Source: an uncultured Candidatus Saccharibacteria bacterium
GTDB lineage: Bacteria > Patescibacteriota > Dojkabacteria > J137
DNA: 64,000 nucleotides
Direction of reading: 5' to 3'
Assembly (NCBI GenBank): GCA_965230975.1
Contig: OZ246402.1
Location: 37,771 to 101,770 of the forward strand
Positions 9,470-17,616 of the stretch are shown one piece after another; position 1 is the first letter of the stretch; each line of letters starts with the position of its first letter. The notes under the pieces were generated by a model that did no database searches, was not told the DNA's origin, and worked only from the letters and a program-made list of their open reading frames with translations. Both the position numbers and the translations under genes were made by a program.

Positions 9470-9929
9470 ATTGGTGGAGATGAGGGTAACCCCTGTCCAA
9501 CAAATTACAAATCTTTTAACTTTTTACAAGCTTATTCAATTTTCTTTTACTAGGAACCAGCTATAAATTGAAAAAATGCTAAATGCCTAGTGTTTACTAA
9601 TTCTTGATAATTTAACCGTAAACCAAAGTTAAATTACTGCGTCAAGGCTGGGTTTCGCCTAAAATCTCTCACCTTGAGAAGAAAAGTTAGACGGTAGACC
9701 TACTTTTTATTCGGTCTACAGCTTAAAACGACAATTAAGCGTTAAATGCTAATGCTCTGTTTCCAAATGCATTATCAATAGCGTTGTTAATAGCGTTGAA
9801 AGCCTTAGTAATTGGATTGACGTTTAGGTCAAAGTTTCGATTGCTCGAAAGTGTCTTTATTTTTACAGAAGTGAACACTACTTCTGGCCTGATTAAAAGT
9901 TGTTAAAGTGCTGTCGAATAAACATCCCC
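9470..9929 (-). ncRNA. ssrA: transfer-messenger RNA (tmRNA, SsrA)
   Basis: Minus-strand RNA. 5' end GGGGAUGUUUAUUCGACAGCAC matches the tmRNA 5' GGGGnUG...GAUUCGAC consensus. 3' end ...GUUGGACAGGGGUUACCCUCAUCUCCACCA gives a 7-bp acceptor stem (GGGGAUG/CAUCUCC) with a G3:U wobble (AlaRS identity) and encoded CCA. Internal tag-like frame ends ...NRALAFNA-UAA. Terminator follows. Not in the ORF track. Confidence 0.85.
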
Positions 9930-10039
9930 GAAAATCTACCGAATCTTTTTATTAATCAGAAGATTTTCGGGATGGTCTAAAAAGATTTTAAAGTACTATA
10001 TTTGATTTATACCCATATATTATACCACAAAACCCTATT

Positions 10040-10699
10040 TTAAGGCTCTTTGACCACCTCTAGTAAAAGTATGACCAAACTTCTATGTATTATCTTTTTT
10101 ATAACAAATCCTAAACTTTCAATTTCTAATAATGAAATTTGTGATATTTTCGTTTCTTCGATGTTTAAAAAATCAAAAACATATTTTTCTTTCATAATCA
10201 ACGGATCTTCTTCATCGTATTGCAGACTAAGATTTGTACGATACCTTAAAAAGTCACTTGAGTTTTGTTGCATAAACAACATTAATCTACCACCATTCTT
10301 AATAATTCTATGCGCTTCTTTAAAATGAGAAAGAATATCTTCTTTTTTATTGCCATAAACCCCCAAGGCCCATAACGAAATACCCGCATCTACTGATGAG
10401 GTTTCAAATTCGATTTTGCTAAAATCAGAATAAACATACAGGCTAGGGCTATCTGATGGGAACAAATCAATGCCAACAGCATTCTTATAACCTGCCGATC
10501 TTAAATGATCTACAAAGCAACCTAATCCACAACCAAAATCTACAATAGTTGCATCTTTGGAATAATTTAATAGATACTCGACCAAAGTTCTTACCCCAAA
10601 TGCTCTTTCATACTCCCTCCACCCCCTATCCCTTCGATAATGCTTATAATATTCCCATAATTCAGACACTGTTTTCATGGGCAAGATTATATCACTCAA
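10040..10699 (-). CDS. class I SAM-dependent methyltransferase
   Basis: Motif I VDFGCGLGCF, motif II-like GRLMLF; 219 aa. Confidence 0.7.
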   Translation of the reverse strand: MSDIILPMKTVSELWEYYKHYRRDRGWREYERAFGVRTLVEYLLNYSKDATIVDFGCGLGCFVDHLRSAGYKNAVGIDLFPSDSPSLYVYSDFSKIEFETSSVDAGISLWALGVYGNKKEDILSHFKEAHRIIKNGGRLMLFMQQNSSDFLRYRTNLSLQYDEEDPLIMKEKYVFDFLNIEETKISQISLLEIESLGFVIKKIIHRSLVILLLEVVKEP

Positions 10700-10702
10700 A
10701 AC

Positions 10703-11386
10703 CTAGTCTCTTGCTTTTGCAATAACAAATCCAAAAATATTTACCTTGGGGAATTTAGACTTAATAATTTTTGCACATTCATTTAAGGTTGCACCTGTTG
10801 TAAATACATCATCTACAATAATGATATTTACTATATTAGACTCTTTAGAAATATTTTCGTGTAGTATAAAGGCATCTTTTAAATTCTCTGCTCTTTCAAA
10901 TTTATGAAGTTTTGCCTGAGCACCTGTGTTGTGAGTTTTTGAAAGAAACTTTACACAGTTTATACCAGAATATTTAGAAAGATGCCTAGTCAACAATTCT
11001 GACTGGTTAAAACCTCTTAACACGTACTTCTTTTTGCTAGTTGGAACAAAGGTTAAAACAGTATTGTAGGAATTAAAAGAATAAAACTGCAAAAAGTCAG
11101 ACATTATCTTGCCTAAAGTTTCTGTTATAGCAAAATAGTAATTGTATTTAATATCATAAATAATATTTTTAATAACTCCATCGTACACAGTTAAATTTAC
11201 AACCCCTTCTAAATAAGTTAACTCCCTACATTCATTGTGCACAAAGCCTATTCTTGATTCTCTATTGCAAATATGGCACTTATTGATTGGATCGACTTTA
11301 ATAAAACGCTTAAAACATTCATTGCATAAATAATCGCCTTCTTTTTGGCAAATGTAACAAGTTTTAGGGAATATAAAATCTAACAC
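10703..11386 (-). CDS. comF: ComF family protein (double zinc-ribbon plus phosphoribosyltransferase-type domain)
   Basis: N-terminal CxxC...CxxC pairs (CYICQ...CNEC, CHICN...HNEC). C-terminal PRT motif IIIVDDVFTTGATL. Confidence 0.8.
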   Translation of the reverse strand: MLDFIFPKTCYICQKEGDYLCNECFKRFIKVDPINKCHICNRESRIGFVHNECRELTYLEGVVNLTVYDGVIKNIIYDIKYNYYFAITETLGKIMSDFLQFYSFNSYNTVLTFVPTSKKKYVLRGFNQSELLTRHLSKYSGINCVKFLSKTHNTGAQAKLHKFERAENLKDAFILHENISKESNIVNIIIVDDVFTTGATLNECAKIIKSKFPKVNIFGFVIAKARD

Positions 11387-11433
11387 TCCGAATTATTACA
11401 CTCTAATCTTACAAACTTCTTACAAATTGAAAT

Positions 11434-11559
11434 TTTGTACTTAAGAAATTTCAATTTAGCCCACAATTTGAAGAATTGGCTCACAATTTCAAAATTTGTA
11501 CTTGAGAATTTTAAAATTAGCCCACAAATTTAAATTTTGTAATTTAAGTATACCCATAT
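11434..11559. repeat. about 2.5 tandem copies of a ~44-bp AT-rich repeat (tttgtacttRagaaWtt...tAGCCCACAAWTTgAA), each with internal dyad symmetry; in the comF/ruvX divergent promoter region
   Basis: Units at ~11437-11483 and ~11499-11559 plus a partial GGCTCACAATTT copy at ~11488. Each unit contains TTGAAATTT-N11-AAATTTCAA-like inverted repeats around CTTAAG/CTTGAG. Confidence 0.6.
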
Positions 11560-11571
11560 TAAAATTTAAAT

Positions 11572-11970
11572 ATGTCTAAAATATTAGCAATTGACTACGG
11601 TCGAAAACGAATTGGATTAGCCTTATCTGACGAAGATGAGTTTATTGCCTTTACCATTAATCCAGTCAGTGCTGAAAACTTTACAAAACTTTTTCAGCTA
11701 TTATTAAAAAGAATTAAAGAAGCCAACCCGTCTACTTTACTTGTTGGATACCCCTTAGGGATTGATTTAAAACCAACACAAATGTCTATTGAAGTTGATC
11801 AATTTATTGAAAAGCTAAAAGAAAATTTCAACATTCCTATAGAAAAATGGAATGAGGTTGGTACATCAAAGTTAGCACAAAAAAATATTAAAAATTCTAG
11901 AAACAAAAGTATTGATAGCGAATCTGCTAGAATAATACTTCAAGAATACTTAGATTTTAAAAAATCCTAA
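11572..11970 (+). CDS. ruvX: Holliday junction resolvase-like protein RuvX/YqgF
   Basis: N-terminal ILAIDYGRKRIGLALSD; 132 aa; upstream of mltG as is commonly seen. Confidence 0.85.
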   Translation: MSKILAIDYGRKRIGLALSDEDEFIAFTINPVSAENFTKLFQLLLKRIKEANPSTLLVGYPLGIDLKPTQMSIEVDQFIEKLKENFNIPIEKWNEVGTSKLAQKNIKNSRNKSIDSESARIILQEYLDFKKS

Positions 11971-13031
11971 TGAAAAAAATTGTAACCTCAGCTTTAATTA
12001 TTGTATTAATTATTTTTGTAGGAATATTCATTGCATATCAATGGTATAGCAATGCGATTTACACAGAAAATATACAATCTGAAGATATTGCTTTTACAGT
12101 TAATAATGGAGACAACCTGCTTACCATAGCCTCAAAGCTAGAACAATCTGGAGTAATAGCAAGTGAACAAGCCCTTAAAATATATGTTAGGTTAAATAAC
12201 ATTACTGCCAATATCAAAGCAGGGCAATATGCTATTCCTAAGGGCACCAATGTGCCAAACGTAATTAAAATTTTAGAAGAAGGTACTTTTAAGGTAAGTA
12301 TAGCTGTAACTATTCCAGAAGGAATGAGATATGAACAAATTGCAGATTTACTTGTATCTAAATTTGAGTCTTCTGCCCAAACTAATAACTTTGTAAAAAG
12401 TGAATTTATAGACATTTGTGAAAACCCAGATAAATACACTTTTGATACAAATGTTAGTGCGATTTTAAATAAATACAAACCCGCAAGCAATCCACTTAGA
12501 GGTTTGCTATTTCCAGATACCTATAGATTTGATTTTGATTCAAACGCCAAAACGGTTGTTTCTGCAATGTTATTAAACTTTGATAAACGACTTACGGATA
12601 ATGGCATAACCCTTGAAAATTTAAATAAGAATCAAAATAATCTAACCAGCATTTACGATGTAATTTCGTTAGCATCTATAATAGAAAAAGAGGCTGGTAA
12701 TGATGCAGACAGACCTTTGGTCTCCGGTATTTTTCATAACAGGTTAAAAGTAAATTACCCGCTGCAATCTGATATTACTATTCACTTTATTAAAAATGAT
12801 GAAGATACTTTTATATCTTTTGCCGATACTAAAATCGAATCACCTTACAACACTTACTTATATGCAGGTGTTACACCAACACCAATAAATAACCCTGGGA
12901 TTTCTTCTATTAAGGCAGCCTTAAATCCTACTAAAACAGAATATTTCTATTTTATTTATGACGCAAATGGTACACTATACTATGCAAAAACTTATGAAGA
13001 GCACATTGCAAATGTAAACAGGTACCTATGA
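11970..13031 (+). CDS. mltG: endolytic murein transglycosylase MltG (YceG-like)
   Basis: N-terminal TM, a LysM-like segment and a YceG-like catalytic region; start overlaps the ruvX stop (TAATG). Confidence 0.8.
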   Translation: MKKIVTSALIIVLIIFVGIFIAYQWYSNAIYTENIQSEDIAFTVNNGDNLLTIASKLEQSGVIASEQALKIYVRLNNITANIKAGQYAIPKGTNVPNVIKILEEGTFKVSIAVTIPEGMRYEQIADLLVSKFESSAQTNNFVKSEFIDICENPDKYTFDTNVSAILNKYKPASNPLRGLLFPDTYRFDFDSNAKTVVSAMLLNFDKRLTDNGITLENLNKNQNNLTSIYDVISLASIIEKEAGNDADRPLVSGIFHNRLKVNYPLQSDITIHFIKNDEDTFISFADTKIESPYNTYLYAGVTPTPINNPGISSIKAALNPTKTEYFYFIYDANGTLYYAKTYEEHIANVNRYL

Positions 13032-13387
13032 GTAAACCCCATCCAGACGATTACAAAATGACGCATTTGGAAACAGATTTTAGTACGAAAAAGATTTTCG
13101 CACTAATTTTATCTGTTCTGTTATTTTTTGTTGTACCCATAGTTACAATCGAAACTATAAGCAGTAAAATATCAAAGAACATTTCTGATGGTCAGGTTGC
13201 AGGGGTGTCTACTACTCAAACTAATTTTACCAATTCGAATGTTTTAAATCTTTTTGGGGTTAGCCTAAATTTAAATTCTCAATCAGGGCTTTTGATATTG
13301 GGAGGTGTTGTATTATTTGGCATTGCTATCATTTTGATAATTTATCTTTTTATAGATAACAATGCCAAAAACAAGTCTAAAAGCTAG
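13028..13387 (+). CDS. small membrane protein, hypothetical
   Basis: Two hydrophobic helices; 4-nt overlap with the mltG stop. Confidence 0.45.
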   Translation: MSKPHPDDYKMTHLETDFSTKKIFALILSVLLFFVVPIVTIETISSKISKNISDGQVAGVSTTQTNFTNSNVLNLFGVSLNLNSQSGLLILGGVVLFGIAIILIIYLFIDNNAKNKSKS

Positions 13388-13523
13388 AGGATAAGACTTT
13401 ACTAAATCTAGACAGAAACCAGGCTTATTTTCATAACCATTAATTTCCCTAAACTAAACTTTCTTCTTGGTCTCATTACTTTTATATAATCTACGTTTGT
13501 CATTTTCTTTAAGATAAAAAATA

Positions 13524-14162
13524 TTAATTAATTGGATTTTCTAAAACAGCAATTACTTTACCGTTAATAAACGCCTCAGTGCTATTTCTTAAGTATATTG
13601 GTGTGTGAACAGGATTACTTGACTCTGGGTACAATATAATTTTGTCATCACTCTTTTTAAAGGTTTTGATAGTTGCGGCATTATCTACAACAGCTAAAAC
13701 TACATCTCCATCTGAAAAGCTACCACTCTTTTCTACAACCACATAGTTTTGATTTAAGATTGGAACCTTGTTTATAGTTCTTAAATTCATAGAATCACCC
13801 TTAACCATTAAAGCAAATAAGTCACTTTTTTTAGGTAGGATTTTTTTATCTACTTTTATTACTCCCATAATTTCTTCTTCTGCAACAACTAGTGGTTGAC
13901 CTGCATTTGCATAACCAAGGATTGGTATATCGTACATTTCAGAGCTAAACCCGGAATCTAGAAAGATGCCCCTAGATTTACCATTTCTGTAAATATAGCC
14001 TTTCTTTTCTAAAGCTTCTAAGTGCTTTACCACGCCTCTTTTGGTTTTTATATCTAGCATATCTTGAAGCTCTGTTAATGTTGGAGCAATATCAAATTCT
14101 GCAAAGTAGCTACCTAGAGTTTCTAATACTCTTTTTTGTTTTGGTGTTAAAAATTTTGCCAT
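13524..14162 (-). CDS. lexA: LexA repressor (SOS regulator, S24 peptidase)
   Basis: N-terminal wHTH LTPKQKRVLETL...; catalytic Ser in GDSMNL and Lys in ATIKTFKK; 212 aa. Confidence 0.85.
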   Translation of the reverse strand: MAKFLTPKQKRVLETLGSYFAEFDIAPTLTELQDMLDIKTKRGVVKHLEALEKKGYIYRNGKSRGIFLDSGFSSEMYDIPILGYANAGQPLVVAEEEIMGVIKVDKKILPKKSDLFALMVKGDSMNLRTINKVPILNQNYVVVEKSGSFSDGDVVLAVVDNAATIKTFKKSDDKIILYPESSNPVHTPIYLRNSTEAFINGKVIAVLENPIN

Positions 14163-14181
14163 ATACCTTATTTATTAAAAA

Positions 14182-14211
14182 GTATACATCTATGGTATAC
14201 GTGGTATACCA
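14182..14211. promoter_or_regulatory. candidate LexA operator(s) upstream of lexA: GTATAC-N7-GGTATAC-GTG-GTATACC (core palindrome TGGTATAC-N3-GTATACCA)
   Basis: Near-perfect 19-bp palindrome at 14193..14211, 31-49 nt upstream of the lexA start, with an extra GTATAC at 14182..14187. A related GTATAC-CAA-GTATTC sits upstream of pcrA. Confidence 0.5.
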
Positions 14212-14370
14212 CTTTGGTCAACAATAAGTAAATTTTTTCTAAAAAAGCAGACTAGAAAATAAATTTTAGACAAGAGATAGCTCTTAACCATCAAGTCAAA
14301 AGACGTCCTAGACTAGTATGTAGTATGAGAGAAATTAGAGTAAACAATTTATTGAAGTTTAAGTAGTTTG

Positions 14371-14442
14371 CTCCGCCTGCAGGACTCGAACCTGCAGCCT
14401 GTCGGTTAACAGCCGATTGCTCCACCATTGAGCTAAGGCGGA
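14371..14442 (-). tRNA. tRNA-Asn (anticodon GTT)
   Basis: Cloverleaf folded by hand: acceptor TCCGCCT/AGGCGGA, D-arm GCTC/GAGC, anticodon loop CTGTTAA, T-arm GCAGG-TTCGAGT-CCTGC. CCA not encoded. Flanked by a perfect 9-bp leader/trailer inverted repeat (AGTAGTTTG/CAAACTACT). Overlapping track ORF 14291..14500 is spurious. Confidence 0.85.
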
Positions 14443-14588
14443 ACAAACTACTCTTTACTAATTGCTCGAGGATTATATCAATAGATAAACTCTCAAACAA
14501 GGATAATTAGTTAATTTAAGTACACTAAATTATACTTTTAAAATAAGTGCTTCACTCAAGAGCAAAATAACTGTAAAATTAAAACATT

Positions 14589-17567
14589 ATGAATATGCAA
14601 GAAATAATACAACCTGCTCCTATCAAGAAAAAAAGAGAAACAATGATAGATATACTTAGAGGCATAGCGGTAGCGATTATGGTTATTACACATGTAATTG
14701 CAATAACTTACCGTGGGAGTGATGCAACGGTAATTAATATCGGTTTGTTTGGAGGCATTACTTCATTCACCTTCTTTTTAGTACTATCTGGAATAAGCAC
14801 ATACTTAGGAACACTATCTTTAAGCCAAGAAGAGTATCAACTTAAAAAAGGGAAAGCTTTGCAAAGAACCTTAAAAATAATAGTTGCATACTATTTAATA
14901 GCGTTTGTTTCCGCCTTTGTAACATTAAAAATATTCTCATTGCCACCAAATGCAAGCTGGATAAGCGGAATTATAGAAATAATATTATTAATAACTTTGC
15001 CTCAATTTGCAGAATTCTTAATAACACTAGCCTTCTATTCTTTATCTGTCACCTTTCTTTTTAGATTTTATAAATTTGTTTTAAGAAATCCATTGTTAGC
15101 AATTTTAATTTCAATAGCTAGTTACGGCATTGCACATTTCCTAGCTTATGTAGATTTAGGGTCAAATATAGCAAATAATTTAAAAGCATTATTTGTAGGG
15201 CACATATACTCTACCGGGCAACTTCATAGCTTTCCGATACTTCAATATTTACCTATTTTTATATTCGGACTATTTTTTGGCAAGTTCATACTAAATAATC
15301 AAACCAAATCTTTGAGGGTTAGAATTAGCCTAATTTGGCTAGTTGTATTTGGTGCACTAACCTTTGCCGGAAGTATAGCTTTTAAATATTTACCAACTCA
15401 AATATTAAATCCATTGCCAGATGAAGGCAGGTTCCCACCATCTTTAACATTTCTTACGCTTAGTTTATCTTTCACACTAGGAGTTGTATTAGTTTACTTA
15501 TTAGTTAATAACTTTTTACCAAAAGTAGTAAAAGCTTATCTGCATTTTTTAGGTGTTAACGCATTAAAACTTTTAGTATTTCATTCACTAGTTTTATTTT
15601 TATTTAAATATTTAACCACAAACATATCTTCTCCTGAAGGGTCAACTTTTCTTTACCTTACAGATTTAGTCTTAGCCTATCTTGTGGTAATGATAATCTC
15701 TTCTGTTTTAACAGGATTTTTAGCAAAATTAAAAACATGGTCGTTAGAAGGTAAAGAGGATTCAGGATTTACCTGGGTATTTACAGAAAGAGCAATTACC
15801 ACATTTGTATTTGTTTTAATATTTACACTTGTTGGCACAACAGTCTATACAGAAACTTTTGTAAAGAATATTGCAGCCGACACTACCTCCATTCAATTTA
15901 AAAAGAGATTAATAAGAGAGGAAGATGAGTGGTGGAACCATGAATACAAAACTTTTAGAGATATTTTAGTAAAAAATACAAATCCAGGGCAATCAATGTT
16001 CGCAGGTTCTTGGGCACAAGTTAAGTTTAACCACTCTCAAGCACTAGGCAGTAAAAATGCATTTATGTCCGATGGTAGAGATTTGAGAGTTGTTTATTTT
16101 GATAACACTAAGGGTGAATTTATAGTAATACCATTTGTTTTAGAGAATGCTAATACAGATAATTCTATAATTTCATTTAAGATTCAAAAAAGTGTTCAGC
16201 CACTAACTGAAGATAATAACTACTTTCTATATTACGGAAACCCAGGAGAAACTGAGGCTACATTTTCTACCGAAAAATACGCAACTGCATTTACAGATGG
16301 AATAACGTTAAAAGAAGAAAACTTTCATGGAATATTAAGTAAAACTAACAAGCAATGGTTCTTAAAGAAAAAAAGTGCAGCATTTCAAAGTGCAGCGCTA
16401 ACCTTTGAAGCTAATTTAATAGATAACGAAATTAATTCTGGTAGCATTGTTACATATAGCATTGTTGGTACAAATAAAAATGGCCGAATGGATCCATCTG
16501 GAGATAGAAACTATAAGGCAAATATTGTAGTGTCAGATTTAGAACCAGGTGCATATAAAATACAGGCAAACGTTACTGATTCAAGAAACAACCTAAAGAT
16601 TTACAGAAGTCAAGCAATCTCCTTTTATGTAACCTACCCTATTTATGTTACATGGACACTTGATTGGGAAGGCTGGGATGTTGGACAATCGGACTTAAAT
16701 GACATTGCAAATATTGGCGACACTTATGGAATGCCAATTACACATTTCTTTAACCCACGTATTTATGTTAAAAATCAATATACAATTAATAAAATATCTT
16801 CTGATAGAGCTAAATATATTACAAACTGGGTTTTAGAAAGAAGAAATAGTAAATACGATGAAATAGGAATGCACATGCACATGTGGACTGACATGGTTGC
16901 AGAAGCAGGGGTTTCTGCAAAAAGTTACCCTGTTATTCAAGGTACTTATGGTGTAGATGTACCAACATATGCATATTCTAGAGAAGAATTAAAAAAGATT
17001 TTTAATTGGGGTAGACAAAAGTTTATAGAGTATGGCCTTGGCGCTCCAATTTCTTACAGAACAGGGGCATGGATGTCTGGAACAGATGTTTTACTAGCAG
17101 CACAGGATGCAGGTTTCTTAATCGACTCTTCTGGAAGAACAGGTGGGAAAGTTAATGCCAGCATACCAGGTAGCACAGAAGTACCATGGTCATTAGATAT
17201 AACTACATCTCCATACTTACCAGATAATAACAATATAAATACCTGGAACAATAGCGCTAACCAAAGAATGCGAATTTGGGAATTTCCAAACAATGGTGCA
17301 GACTCTTACTGGTTCCCATCAAGTGAACTTATACGACGTTTTGACGCAAATTATCCAAACAAAGGTTCTATTGCAACAAGACCACAGGTTATTACTTATT
17401 TGAGCCATCCTCACTGGTTTGTAAGCGTAGACACCTGGAAAATTAGAGGTTTATTAAACTATACAAGCAACTATTTATATAGAGATGACGAAGGTCCTGT
17501 TGTTTATGCAACACTTGAGACCATTTACTCTGAATGGGAAAGAGATAAATTTATTAATGGCAATTAA
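14589..17567 (+). CDS. multi-pass membrane domain (acyltransferase-3 / DUF1624-HGSNAT-like) fused to a large extracytoplasmic domain (possible carbohydrate esterase/deacetylase-like)
   Basis: N-terminal MIDILRGIAVAIMVITHV signature and ~10 hydrophobic helices over the first ~400 aa. C-terminal ~590 aa is soluble and Trp/Tyr-rich with a His-rich segment DEIGMHMHMW. The C-terminal assignment is tentative. Confidence 0.5.
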   Translation: MNMQEIIQPAPIKKKRETMIDILRGIAVAIMVITHVIAITYRGSDATVINIGLFGGITSFTFFLVLSGISTYLGTLSLSQEEYQLKKGKALQRTLKIIVAYYLIAFVSAFVTLKIFSLPPNASWISGIIEIILLITLPQFAEFLITLAFYSLSVTFLFRFYKFVLRNPLLAILISIASYGIAHFLAYVDLGSNIANNLKALFVGHIYSTGQLHSFPILQYLPIFIFGLFFGKFILNNQTKSLRVRISLIWLVVFGALTFAGSIAFKYLPTQILNPLPDEGRFPPSLTFLTLSLSFTLGVVLVYLLVNNFLPKVVKAYLHFLGVNALKLLVFHSLVLFLFKYLTTNISSPEGSTFLYLTDLVLAYLVVMIISSVLTGFLAKLKTWSLEGKEDSGFTWVFTERAITTFVFVLIFTLVGTTVYTETFVKNIAADTTSIQFKKRLIREEDEWWNHEYKTFRDILVKNTNPGQSMFAGSWAQVKFNHSQALGSKNAFMSDGRDLRVVYFDNTKGEFIVIPFVLENANTDNSIISFKIQKSVQPLTEDNNYFLYYGNPGETEATFSTEKYATAFTDGITLKEENFHGILSKTNKQWFLKKKSAAFQSAALTFEANLIDNEINSGSIVTYSIVGTNKNGRMDPSGDRNYKANIVVSDLEPGAYKIQANVTDSRNNLKIYRSQAISFYVTYPIYVTWTLDWEGWDVGQSDLNDIANIGDTYGMPITHFFNPRIYVKNQYTINKISSDRAKYITNWVLERRNSKYDEIGMHMHMWTDMVAEAGVSAKSYPVIQGTYGVDVPTYAYSREELKKIFNWGRQKFIEYGLGAPISYRTGAWMSGTDVLLAAQDAGFLIDSSGRTGGKVNASIPGSTEVPWSLDITTSPYLPDNNNINTWNNSANQRMRIWEFPNNGADSYWFPSSELIRRFDANYPNKGSIATRPQVITYLSHPHWFVSVDTWKIRGLLNYTSNYLYRDDEGPVVYATLETIYSEWERDKFINGN

Positions 17568-17616
17568 TAAATTTAATTATTATCTCTAAAATATAGCCTG
17601 AATTAAATATTAAATT

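Noticed and set aside
9461-9470. CGGGCTTA on the plus strand resembling the 3' P4 strand of RNase P RNA
   Set aside because: There is no matching 5' P4 (GGAAAGUCCGG-like) sequence upstream. The reverse strand gives a complete tmRNA with acceptor stem, CCA and terminator, which explains the region better.
11434-11559. Possible mini-CRISPR array
   Set aside because: Only about 2.5 imperfect units, no unique spacers, units have internal dyads, no cas genes nearby. A regulatory tandem repeat fits better.
14291-14500. 69-aa ORF on the minus strand
   Set aside because: It overlaps tRNA-Asn and its terminator/promoter region; no coding support.
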